Shown piece by piece: positions 18,281-27,184 of a stretch of DNA of 64,000 bases. Position numbers and translations under genes: made by a program. Each line of letters begins with the position of its first letter. The first letter of the stretch is position 1. The notes beneath the pieces are model-generated. The model ran no database searches and was not told the DNA's origin. It worked only from the letters and a program-made list of their open reading frames with translations. Source of the DNA: a virus (lineage: Duplodnaviria > Caudoviricetes); the IMG/VR virus record IMGVR_UViG_3300014205_000180, positions 32,001 to 96,000 of that record; one strand, 5' to 3'.

Positions 18281-18914
18281 TAAAGATAATAGAATAAGAT
18301 TAGATGAACCAATAGTTGATTTTGATAAGTCTGGCACGACTGGCCAGCTTCATGATGAATATCCAACTCCAAAGACGCAGGCTAGATATGATAGGATGCG
18401 TACTTTTCTAATTGGGTTATTATCAAACCAATCAAGTGATGAAGAAGTAGATGGCGCTCCATTTGAAAAGCGTACAGGAACACTATGGTTTAAGAAAAAG
18501 TCTAAATTTTTAGATTTATATAATGGCGAAGAATTTAAAGAATTATCAGAATTTATAGCTGTTACAGTAAATGACGAAAAGAAATCAATAAAGACAGTAT
18601 TAACAGATATTTTATTAAACTTAAAATATTCAGCACCAAGAGTTATTTGGTGCGGTAGATTTATAGATGGTAATGAAATCAATAACATAATAATACCAGT
18701 AGAATATCAAGGATATGCTGCAATTGATAATATGCATCCATTAGTTTATATCAATGGATTATTAATAGATCCGAGAGATACAATTATTCAAGCTGGCGAT
18801 CCTGCATATATTAAAATGAGCGACAATGTTAATCCTAGGCCGAACCAAAAATATACTGTAATAATGGAACACGTAACCGACATAACTCAAGAAGACATTA
18901 TAGGTCAGGGATAA
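18273..18914 (+). CDS. Putative virion structural protein
   Basis: GTLWF...YNG.E and VYINGLL motifs typical of tail/baseplate proteins. Confidence 0.6.
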   Translation: MTDKDNRIRLDEPIVDFDKSGTTGQLHDEYPTPKTQARYDRMRTFLIGLLSNQSSDEEVDGAPFEKRTGTLWFKKKSKFLDLYNGEEFKELSEFIAVTVNDEKKSIKTVLTDILLNLKYSAPRVIWCGRFIDGNEINNIIIPVEYQGYAAIDNMHPLVYINGLLIDPRDTIIQAGDPAYIKMSDNVNPRPNQKYTVIMEHVTDITQEDIIGQG

Positions 18915-18917
18915 ACA

Positions 18918-20000
18918 ATGAATACAACAAAATTCGAAGAATTTTATAATGGATTAAAAAATGATCCGCATGGATCTTTGGGTATCATTGAATTTATTAT
19001 AAAGGATAAAAATGGTAATGTCATCGATCATAAAATAGAAAAGAACATTATTAAAATTTTTGCAAAAGAAATGTTATCGCACAGATTACCAAGTTCAAAA
19101 GTTTGGAATCCAGATGCCAACGGTGGTCTTGGAGCATGGATTGAAACAAATATCGATGTTAACGAAGAATATTCAGCAAGATATGTATTATTTGGAGCAT
19201 CGTTTGATGAGAATGGTGTTCAACTTGGACAAAATGATCCGCGTTATTATACTATAGATACAGTTACTGGTCAGTACATTCCAGTAAAATTAAATCCAAG
19301 TGCTGATTATGATGGTGGATTAATAAATGCCATTCCGATAGCTGAACCATCAAGACCATTAAAGAGAATTGAAAATATAAGCTTCAAGCCTACATATCAG
19401 CCATCTGGATCACCATTAGTTGATGAAAACGTCAGAGCAATCAATAATATAGTAAGTTTAGAAACAACCTTAAGACTTCCAGAATATAATGGATTTGAAT
19501 CAACTGGTGGTGATTATTTCACCATAACCGAAGTAGCGTTGGCTGGTGGAAGACTACTAAATGAAGTTGTAAATTGTGATTGTGATCCAGTCAATTTGTT
19601 CCTTCAGGGTCTTGAGGTATCATCTGGTGGAGCAGAGGTAGCAGTTAATGCTGTCGCAAATGGAACTAACGTCATAACAATTGATACAGGTGAACCAACA
19701 GCTGCAGTTGAATTATTCAAAAACGGTAATCAAATAAAAATAGTTAATCAAGGCGGAACTCAAACAGACCACACTACCTTAAATCAAATAAACCCAAATT
19801 ATCTGATAACAAGCTTCAATAATGGTAGAGACATCCAGCTAGATAGAGTTCCAGTTGATTCAAATGGTGTACCATTGGTTGGTAATATCGGAGTGTTCAA
19901 AAACACTCTCAAGATTTTCAGCCACAGAATTTTATCATACCCAATTCGTAAGAGCGACATTTTTGAAATATTGGTCAGATGGAACATCATATTCAATTAA
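18918..20000 (+). CDS. Baseplate/tail-fibre attachment-type structural protein
   Basis: N-terminal G.I......G......KNII and C-terminal ITEVAL...IFSHR....IRK......VRWNIIF pattern with internal insertion. Confidence 0.65.
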   Translation: MNTTKFEEFYNGLKNDPHGSLGIIEFIIKDKNGNVIDHKIEKNIIKIFAKEMLSHRLPSSKVWNPDANGGLGAWIETNIDVNEEYSARYVLFGASFDENGVQLGQNDPRYYTIDTVTGQYIPVKLNPSADYDGGLINAIPIAEPSRPLKRIENISFKPTYQPSGSPLVDENVRAINNIVSLETTLRLPEYNGFESTGGDYFTITEVALAGGRLLNEVVNCDCDPVNLFLQGLEVSSGGAEVAVNAVANGTNVITIDTGEPTAAVELFKNGNQIKIVNQGGTQTDHTTLNQINPNYLITSFNNGRDIQLDRVPVDSNGVPLVGNIGVFKNTLKIFSHRILSYPIRKSDIFEILVRWNIIFN

Positions 20001-20003
20001 CAC

Positions 20004-21851
20004 ATGAATTCAAATGTTTTATTCAAGAATTTTAGCGACGAATATAGACGGTTAGTACCGGCTAACCCTAACGATTATGCCCCGACAACACCGTTTACAT
20101 TCATGTGCTGGTTTAGGGGTAAAAACAGCAACCTTCATCATCATATTTGTGGACATAAGAATTTAGGGTTTTCTTTCTTTCAAAAACCAATTAAAAAAGA
20201 TTCTCACTTAACTGTAAAAATTGGTATTGATGAAATAGTAAGCCAAGAACCGATACAAAACAACATATGGTATAATTTAACCCTAACATGGGATGGCTCA
20301 TATTTTTCATTTTACACAAATGCTTCGCTAATTGGTAAAATCGAATCATCAAAAATTACATATGGAACAGACTTAGATAAAAATATTTGGGTTTATAAAA
20401 ATTTTGTTGGTTCATCACCATTTCAAATGACTGTTGCTAGTATTGGATTATGGAATAAAGAACTTAGCTTAAATGAAATAATTGATATAATAATGTGTGG
20501 CGGAGTAGAAGATCAGTCATTACTATTATTTGATTTTGTCGATAATGAAAATATTTATGGTGATAATCCACCTAAATCTGTTTTTCAGTTAATAAGAACA
20601 ATTAAAGATGATGGCCCATGCCAATCAGTTAAGCCACCGATTTTAAGTAGTGATTCAGAATTATCTGATGACAGTGTTTCTTCAGAATCATTAAGCAGTG
20701 TTTCTTCAGAACAATCAAGTTCATCATCAACATCATCTGAATCAACAGAAGAATCGTCATCGTCGACGATATCATCGTTATCTAGATCTTGGTCGGTATC
20801 ATCAGAATCTAATTCTAGCGAATCTATTAGCTCCAATTCAACAAGTTCATCATCAAGTGATTCAAGTAATTCCATATCAAGTGTTTCAAATGATTCATCA
20901 TCAAGCAGTTCTGATACTACACTTAGTACATCAACAAGTAGTAAATCTCTTTCATCAGAATCAGGCGTAATTGGTGATCGTGGAATATTTGCTGGCGGAA
21001 ATTCCCTGAATGTGATACAGTATGTTTCAATTGTTTCTACTGGTAATGCTTCTGATTTTGGTGATTTAACACAAGGTGCAGACGAATTGGGATCTTGCGC
21101 TAGCTCCACAAGAGGTATAGTCACAGGTTCACAAAATTACAATTTTTCTGATTATATAACAATATCATCTCTAGGAAATGCATCTAGTTATGGTAATTTA
21201 ACAGTTCATAGATCATCATCAGGTGGTGTATCAAATGAAACTAGAGGAATATTTGCTGGTGGATTTGACTATAGTTTATTAGTTGCTAGTAACGTGATTG
21301 ATTATTTTACAATAGCATCATTAGCAAATGCCACTGATTTTGGCGATGTCACTGTTGCAAAATCGTATATTAGTGGATTAGGTAGTCCGACTAGAGGATT
21401 GTTTTGTGGTGGGTACGACACTTATAGTAATATTGGATTAAACATAATAGACTATGTTACGATAGCGACATTAGGAGACGCCGCAGATTTTGGTGATTTA
21501 ACTATTGGAAGGGCCGGGGCAGGATGTTCAAATGCTACAAGAGGAATAATATTTTCAGGAGCCACTGCAACTGGCCCAGTTAATACTAATGTAATAGATT
21601 ATGTCACGATAGCAACATTAGGAAATGCAACTGATTTTGGTGATTTAAGTTCTACTCCAAGATATGGTGGTGCAGCATTAGCTAATTCAACTAGAGGAAT
21701 ATTTGGCGGCGGTCTTGATAGCGGTAGCACTACTTACAATACTATTGATTATGTTACAATAAGCACGTTAAGTAATTCATCAGATTTTGGAGACTTAATT
21801 AATTACATATTTTTATTAGGCGGATTTTCTAATGCGCACGGAGGTTTGTAG
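20004..21851 (+). CDS. Tail/receptor-binding protein: LamG-like domain, Ser-rich linker, beta-propeller repeats
   Basis: W..LTLTWDG...FYTN..L...LWNKELS (LamG); repeated TRGIFAGG....IDYVTIA..GNA.DFGDL units. Confidence 0.8.
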   Translation: MNSNVLFKNFSDEYRRLVPANPNDYAPTTPFTFMCWFRGKNSNLHHHICGHKNLGFSFFQKPIKKDSHLTVKIGIDEIVSQEPIQNNIWYNLTLTWDGSYFSFYTNASLIGKIESSKITYGTDLDKNIWVYKNFVGSSPFQMTVASIGLWNKELSLNEIIDIIMCGGVEDQSLLLFDFVDNENIYGDNPPKSVFQLIRTIKDDGPCQSVKPPILSSDSELSDDSVSSESLSSVSSEQSSSSSTSSESTEESSSSTISSLSRSWSVSSESNSSESISSNSTSSSSSDSSNSISSVSNDSSSSSSDTTLSTSTSSKSLSSESGVIGDRGIFAGGNSLNVIQYVSIVSTGNASDFGDLTQGADELGSCASSTRGIVTGSQNYNFSDYITISSLGNASSYGNLTVHRSSSGGVSNETRGIFAGGFDYSLLVASNVIDYFTIASLANATDFGDVTVAKSYISGLGSPTRGLFCGGYDTYSNIGLNIIDYVTIATLGDAADFGDLTIGRAGAGCSNATRGIIFSGATATGPVNTNVIDYVTIATLGNATDFGDLSSTPRYGGAALANSTRGIFGGGLDSGSTTYNTIDYVTISTLSNSSDFGDLINYIFLLGGFSNAHGGL

Positions 21852-21863
21852 TATTTTATTTTA

Positions 21864-22103
21864 ATGAACGTTAAACTGATATCTATCGGCTTTAAAAATG
21901 ATTCATCAGGCACATATTCAAGACATACCGATAAATATATCTTTTTAAATGTCGATTCTGTTGAATATAAATTCAACTATTATTCTGGTAAACAAGTAGG
22001 ATATTTCAATACTAAAAACAAAGGCTATTGGGTAATATTTACAAGTGATTTATTAAATTTAAAAGAGCATATCAAAACAATAAGCGATATTAATAAGGAG
22101 TAA
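21864..22103 (+). CDS. Hypothetical protein
   Basis: 79-aa ORF. Confidence 0.55.
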   Translation: MNVKLISIGFKNDSSGTYSRHTDKYIFLNVDSVEYKFNYYSGKQVGYFNTKNKGYWVIFTSDLLNLKEHIKTISDINKE

Positions 22104-22107
22104 TAAC

Positions 22108-22374
22108 TTGTTAAAAAATAGTAGGAAGACCGCCATGGAAGAAGACCTTGCAGTAAATGATGTCAGGTTCATTCAGAACCGCCTTCCGTGTGGTATCACC
22201 GAAGTAACTGCATGGTCCCTGATTCCGATCAAGGAATCAAAAGCACATGATATCAATAAACGCCTTGGCACAGAATCCCTTCCTTTAAATTTCAAGATTA
22301 CTCAGAAGAAAGATGGAGCTTGGGTTAGCACTTGGACTTATAATGATTATGAGAGGATAGAAGAAGATGGCTAA
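22108..22374 (+). CDS. Hypothetical protein (likely start MEEDL, 22135)
   Basis: AGGA upstream of internal ATG. Confidence 0.6.
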   Translation: MLKNSRKTAMEEDLAVNDVRFIQNRLPCGITEVTAWSLIPIKESKAHDINKRLGTESLPLNFKITQKKDGAWVSTWTYNDYERIEEDG

Positions 22375-22723
22375 ATATTTTTATGGTTTTGATATTCTCC
22401 AAGAATTAATGATTGCAATACCAGTTGAAGGATCAGTAGTATATCCAGATCTAGTTAAAGCTAATAAGACAATTCCTGATACTGTCAAGGATCAGCGTAA
22501 ACAAGTAAACATGGTAATGCATTGGTTGCAGAACAATAATGCTCCAGTAGACATGCTTAATTTTATTGGATCATTACTTGGAAGTAAAATTGATAAAATT
22601 TGGGACCATACCAATGCTGAAATAATGGTAAATAACAACGGAGTTCTTTACACATTAAAAAATGTAAAGATAATTGACGGAATTGAAGAAGTCCTAAAAA
22701 TTAAGAGTCTAAGCACGCCCTGA
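22367..22723 (+). CDS. Hypothetical protein; stop codon lies inside tRNA-Arg
   Basis: 118-aa ORF; TGA at 22721-22723. Confidence 0.7.
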   Translation: MAKYFYGFDILQELMIAIPVEGSVVYPDLVKANKTIPDTVKDQRKQVNMVMHWLQNNNAPVDMLNFIGSLLGSKIDKIWDHTNAEIMVNNNGVLYTLKNVKIIDGIEEVLKIKSLSTP

Positions 22724-22789
22724 TAGCGTAGCGGATAGCGCGAAAGGTTTCTAACCTTTAGGTCCCAGGTTCGAATCCTGGTCGGGGCG
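22717..22789 (+). tRNA. tRNA-Arg(UCU)
   Basis: GCCCTGA/TCGGGGC acceptor, GGATA D loop (A20), AAAGG-TTTCTAA-CCTTT, CCAGG-TTCGAAT-CCTGG, G73; CCA not encoded. AGA is a frequent Arg codon in this window. Confidence 0.95.
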
Positions 22790-22793
22790 CTAA

Positions 22794-22835
22794 AAATGAT
22801 TAAGCCCGCTCAAATTTGAGCGGGCTTAATCATTT
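22794..22835. terminator. 42-bp perfect palindrome, probable bidirectional terminator
   Basis: AAATGATTAAGCCCGCTCAAA|TTTGAGCGGGCTTAATCATTT between convergent tRNA-Arg and HNH gene. Confidence 0.7.
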
Positions 22836-23346
22836 CTGGCCATAATTTGCTATTGAAATGTTCCTTACGGTGACATACTGAACACATTAAAACACACTTA
22901 TCAATTTCTTTTACAATAGTTTCCCATTTTTTATTTCTTAAATTACTAAAATCTGTATCCTTATCATTATTTGGATGATGAAAATCATAAACAGTTGGAT
23001 GATCTATTAGTCCACATTTAACACATTTACCACCTTTGTATTTAACAGCCATTATTTTCTTTTTATTCCATCTTTTCATTTGATATAAATATAAACATTT
23101 CTTGCAATATGAATGCAAACCACCAGATTTTGATTTCGAATTAAAATCAGTTCGAAGTTTTACCATGCCACAGCAAGAACATTTCCTAGCGCCGTTTGGG
23201 TCAGAAATATCTTTAGTTAGATTAGCTTTTTGCCACAATCTTGAGCATTCTATAGAACAAAATGGATTTTTAGCACTATGCATGCCTCGTTGTCTATATG
23301 TCATTTCTTTAACAACACCACATTGAGTACAGATCATTTGGACCAT
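22810..23346 (-). CDS. HNH endonuclease with N-terminal zinc fingers
   Basis: YKGGKCVKCG...YDFHH...K...EIDKC.LMCSVCHRKEH. Confidence 0.88.
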   Translation of the reverse strand: MVQMICTQCGVVKEMTYRQRGMHSAKNPFCSIECSRLWQKANLTKDISDPNGARKCSCCGMVKLRTDFNSKSKSGGLHSYCKKCLYLYQMKRWNKKKIMAVKYKGGKCVKCGLIDHPTVYDFHHPNNDKDTDFSNLRNKKWETIVKEIDKCVLMCSVCHRKEHFNSKLWPEMIKPAQI

Positions 23347-23400
23347 ATTATATATTTGATTAGAATTAAAATTTCTAATCTATAGTACATACAGTATTTT

Positions 23401-23772
23401 ATGATTGTGCCGGATTATTCGCGTTTAAGAAATGCGTTCAACGAAATGTTAAATGAATTGGATCAGTATTACTTAGAAGTATGCCTGACACCAAGCAAGT
23501 ACAGAGAATATGCGATACGTGGTGCTAAAATAAGGACAGTTTTAAATTGTAATCCTAATTGGTATAAAAAATTCTGTGATAAATATCAATCATCGAGAAT
23601 TAGAAAAAGTTCAAAATCAGATACTAGGATTAAAAGAAGAGATGTTATTAGAATATTAGAAAGATTAGCTGGTGGAATTGGTTCTTCTAGTTTTTATGTT
23701 GATGATTTAGTAAAGATAGCTAAATCAGTAAAGATAAAAAGATCAAAGATTTTAGAGGACCCACCATTTTGA
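23401..23772 (+). CDS. Basic hypothetical protein ending in EDPPF
   Basis: 123-aa ORF. Confidence 0.7.
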   Translation: MIVPDYSRLRNAFNEMLNELDQYYLEVCLTPSKYREYAIRGAKIRTVLNCNPNWYKKFCDKYQSSRIRKSSKSDTRIKRRDVIRILERLAGGIGSSSFYVDDLVKIAKSVKIKRSKILEDPPF

Positions 23773-23975
23773 AACTATTAAGAGCATTTTTAGTTATAAT
23801 TATTGGGTTATTAATAATCCCAATATTATTTGCTATATCAATTATTTTAATGATTACTTTATTACTAGAAAAGATTTTTACAGGTACAGACTATTCAATT
23901 AGAATAGCTAGATATGTTGGCGATGATAGCACAGAATTGTTAAAAACAATTAGTGGTTCAGATCAGAACAGTTAA
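23769..23975 (+). CDS. Small membrane protein
   Basis: Long hydrophobic N-terminal stretch; TTGA overlap. Confidence 0.55.
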   Translation: MKLLRAFLVIIIGLLIIPILFAISIILMITLLLEKIFTGTDYSIRIARYVGDDSTELLKTISGSDQNS

Positions 23976-24254
23976 ACAATCTTTTAACTTATGTTTAATA
24001 GTCGTCAAGAAATTTTCTAGTTCTTTTGGATCAGTCGGTAATTCATCAACAGTCTCATTTAGAATTTGAAATTTATTTTCTTTAGATGGCACAACTAAGA
24101 CATGAAATTTGTTAAAGAATTTAGTTTTATTTGAATATTCAGACAACTGCTTCATTTTAGCAGTCATCTGAAAATCTTTTAATCCAGTACAGTCAACAAA
24201 CCATACTAATAATATTTTGCCGCTCATGTTGTTGCCCATTTTATTTTTAACCAA
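23958..24254 (-). CDS. Hypothetical protein (likely start MSGKIL, 24227)
   Basis: ATGA overlap with upstream dehydrogenase stop. Confidence 0.6.
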   Translation of the reverse strand: MVKNKMGNNMSGKILLVWFVDCTGLKDFQMTAKMKQLSEYSNKTKFFNKFHVLVVPSKENKFQILNETVDELPTDPKELENFLTTIKHKLKDCLTVLI

Positions 24255-25072
24255 TCTTTGTTTTTTCTGAAGTGTTCATTGTCTGACCATGCTCCTTCAA
24301 GGACATCTCTTTGAATACCAAGTTGTCTCATTGCATATAATAAAGCGTTAAGATCTTTCGGGAAACACTTGCCTCCCCATCCCCTATCGCCATCTGGGCC
24401 TGGACATTGAAGGTGTGTTGGGCCAACTCGCTCATCAGTAGCAAAAGCCTTAATAACATTATCCCAATCCATGCCTGTTCTTTCAACTAAATCATAAAAT
24501 TCATTAATTAATGAAACTTTAACAGCAAACCAAGTATTACACATATATTTAACCATCATTGCTTCATCAGCTGCAATTAAACTAAACTTAGCATTTGGCC
24601 ACAATCTAATAAAGAAATTATATAATTCTTTTGAATTTTCATCGGCAATTCCTCTGCCATCACCAATATTACCGCCAATTATAACCCACTTTGAATTTAT
24701 AAAATCATTAAGTGCGGTTCTTTCAGTTAAAAATTCTGGATTGGTTACTATCCTCAAATCTTTGAAATCAACGATTAGTCTTCTAACTACAGATGGAATA
24801 GTAGTAGATTTTATTACGCATAAACCTTTATATTTAATACTTGATAATTCACCAAATACACTTCTTAAACAGACATCATCCATTTTCCCATCACCGTTCA
24901 TTGGTGTTGGAACACAAATAAATGCCATATCACAATCTTTTAAAGCATCAATTTTTGTATCTTTAAAAAGATATGGATCATACTTAACAAATTCATGACC
25001 AGGATCAAGTTTTGTAATTCCATCTACAACAGCATTACCAACAAATCCGCAGCCAGCAACACCTATTTTCAT
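24224..25072 (-). CDS. UDP-glucose/GDP-mannose dehydrogenase family protein (no C-terminal domain)
   Basis: GCGFVG, FICVPTP, IKST, NPEFL, KY..N...A.K, GWGGKCFPKD. Confidence 0.92.
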   Translation of the reverse strand: MKIGVAGCGFVGNAVVDGITKLDPGHEFVKYDPYLFKDTKIDALKDCDMAFICVPTPMNGDGKMDDVCLRSVFGELSSIKYKGLCVIKSTTIPSVVRRLIVDFKDLRIVTNPEFLTERTALNDFINSKWVIIGGNIGDGRGIADENSKELYNFFIRLWPNAKFSLIAADEAMMVKYMCNTWFAVKVSLINEFYDLVERTGMDWDNVIKAFATDERVGPTHLQCPGPDGDRGWGGKCFPKDLNALLYAMRQLGIQRDVLEGAWSDNEHFRKNKDWLKIKWATT

Positions 25073-25093
25073 GATAGTTCCTTGAAAATTTAA

Positions 25094-25333
25094 TTACTCA
25101 TTTAAGATAAAATAATAATCACTATTATCAAGTTTATTAATTGCTATCCACCTGCCATTTGGTGCATCAACTACAATAAATTCTTTTTTTAATTTAAATA
25201 ATCTTTCAATAGCATCTTTTGGAGAGTCAGCAGATATTGATTTTGCATCCTTGAACGATTGGCATTCTCCATGCCATATTTTATACTTTAATTGAAATGT
25301 ACTTGGCATATCATCAGAAAGTATCAAACTCAT
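25094..25333 (-). CDS. Hypothetical protein
   Basis: 79-aa ORF in run. Confidence 0.6.
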   Translation of the reverse strand: MSLILSDDMPSTFQLKYKIWHGECQSFKDAKSISADSPKDAIERLFKLKKEFIVVDAPNGRWIAINKLDNSDYYFILNE

Positions 25334-25343
25334 AAATAAATAT

Positions 25344-25577
25344 TTACTTTCTTGGTGGTTTATACTTTAATTTGCTAATATCATTATTTTTGTGAAATGG
25401 ACGAAAATCACGACATGCTTTATTTAATGATAATAAAAGTTCATAATGAGCAATTCCTCCATTGGTATCAGACCTTAATTTTCTATAATCTGCTAATATT
25501 CTATAAGCTTCTTCTATAATCAAACGTCTTCTGCTTTTAAACAGATCCTTAAGATTCCTACCTAAATATTCTGTCAT
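25344..25577 (-). CDS. Hypothetical protein
   Basis: 77-aa ORF overlapping folA end. Confidence 0.55.
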   Translation of the reverse strand: MTEYLGRNLKDLFKSRRRLIIEEAYRILADYRKLRSDTNGGIAHYELLLSLNKACRDFRPFHKNNDISKLKYKPPRK

Positions 25578-26064
25578 ATTTTTCTACTTTACATCTATCA
25601 GAAAGCTTAATTTCAGCTAATTTTTTATAATCAGACTTAATTTTTTCAACATTAATTTTAGTTTTTAGTCCTGGGCTAACAGCAAGAAGGTCATCTACTA
25701 CCGTTGTAATCAACCACCTATCAATATGGTCAAAAAACATTTCGTAAATTTCACCGCCACCACATATATAAATATCTTCATCTTTATATGAATATGATTC
25801 AATTGCTTTCATACAAAAACGATTTCCTATATCAATAAATTCTAAATTATCTTTATTTTCTCCACCTTTCCTACTAATAACAACATTTTTTCTATTTGGT
25901 AACGGCTTTCCAATACTGCGATAAGTTCTACCGCCCATAATAACTATATTTCCAGTTGTCATAAATTTAAAAAACGCAAAATCTTCTTTATAATGCCATG
26001 GAATTTTATCATTTATTCCAATGATGCCATCTGAAGTACATGCTGCGATTCCAATTAATGACAT
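25558..26064 (-). CDS. folA: Dihydrofolate reductase
   Basis: IG....IPWH..ED..FFK..T.G..VIMG.RTY.SIG.PLPNR.NVVISR, ICGGGEIY; ends TAG. Confidence 0.95.
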   Translation of the reverse strand: MSLIGIAACTSDGIIGINDKIPWHYKEDFAFFKFMTTGNIVIMGGRTYRSIGKPLPNRKNVVISRKGGENKDNLEFIDIGNRFCMKAIESYSYKDEDIYICGGGEIYEMFFDHIDRWLITTVVDDLLAVSPGLKTKINVEKIKSDYKKLAEIKLSDRCKVEKYDRIFR

Positions 26065-26237
26065 AATTTATCCTCAAAATTTTTTATTTTATCTTCAAGA
26101 CTTTTAATGTATTCATTGACTTTTTCAGCACATAATTCTGAGCATATAAAACTCATATTAATACGCTTCAATGTTATCATACCACTGCTTAATTCTTTTT
26201 CTTTTTCTTTATACAATTGACAATATTGGCATGACAT
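26055..26237 (-). CDS. Small Cys-containing hypothetical protein
   Basis: CQYC...CSELC between thyA and folA. Confidence 0.55.
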   Translation of the reverse strand: MSCQYCQLYKEKEKELSSGMITLKRINMSFICSELCAEKVNEYIKSLEDKIKNFEDKLCH

Positions 26238-26239
26238 AT

Positions 26240-27166
26240 CTAAATAGCCATTTCAGCTTTAATAGCTGAATGAGATACATATCCAATTAATTCAATATCT
26301 TCAAATGTTAAAGCTTCAATATCTTTTAGTGACTTTATATCTTTTTTAATGTTCAATTCAGGAAATGGGAATGGTTTTCTAGACAATTGTTCTTTTGCTT
26401 GTTCCAAATGATTAAGATATAAATGAGTATCACCAGCAAAATATGTTAATGTTCCAGGTTTTAAATTCGTTATTTTAGCAATCAGGCAAGTTAATAAAGC
26501 ATAACTGCTAATATTAAATGGGCTTCCCAAAAAGAAATCATTACTACGCTGATACCATAAGCAATTTAAATATCCATCAGTTACATCAAACTGAAACATC
26601 AAATGGCATGGTGGCAGAGCCATTTTATCAATATCTTCAACATTCCATGCTGATACGATCATGCGACGATCATTCGGATTCTTTTTAATAGTCTCAACAA
26701 CATTTGATAATTGATCTATCCCTTGGTTATACTGACACTTTTTTAATCCGTTGTAATCAGCACCCCAATGACGCCACTGAAATCCATACCCTGGTCCAAT
26801 TTCACCTTCTGGATATAACAATTTCTTTTTATCTAAGAATTCTTTAGACGTGTTACCTTTCCAAATATTAACATTTTTAGCTTCCAAAAGCTTTGAATCA
26901 GTTTCACCACGAATAAACCACAAAAGCTCTTCTACTACACCTTTCCAGTACACTTTTTTAGTCGTTAAAATAGGAAACGACTTTCTAAGATCGAATTTTA
27001 AACTGGTCCCATATATAGAAATAGTACCAGTACCAGTACGATCACCTTTCTTAGTGCCTTCAGTCAATATTTTGTTTAATAAATTTAGATAACCATATTC
27101 TTCATGTTCAGCCTCTAAACGGCTGTTCTCTATTAATTTGATTTCTTTTTCGGTTAAGGTAAGCAT
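26240..27166 (-). CDS. thyA: Thymidylate synthase
   Basis: DRTGTGT, ELLWF, YGFQWR, MALPPCH, YQRS.D..LG.PFN, HLY.NH, canonical end KAEMAI then TAG. Confidence 0.97.
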   Translation of the reverse strand: MLTLTEKEIKLIENSRLEAEHEEYGYLNLLNKILTEGTKKGDRTGTGTISIYGTSLKFDLRKSFPILTTKKVYWKGVVEELLWFIRGETDSKLLEAKNVNIWKGNTSKEFLDKKKLLYPEGEIGPGYGFQWRHWGADYNGLKKCQYNQGIDQLSNVVETIKKNPNDRRMIVSAWNVEDIDKMALPPCHLMFQFDVTDGYLNCLWYQRSNDFFLGSPFNISSYALLTCLIAKITNLKPGTLTYFAGDTHLYLNHLEQAKEQLSRKPFPFPELNIKKDIKSLKDIEALTFEDIELIGYVSHSAIKAEMAI

Positions 27167-27184
27167 TACCTTTAAATACGATCA

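Noticed and set aside
22717-22789. Second suppressor tRNA (CTA visible in the loop)
   Set aside because: The 7-nt loop TTTCTAA centres on TCT, and A20/G73 fit Arg.
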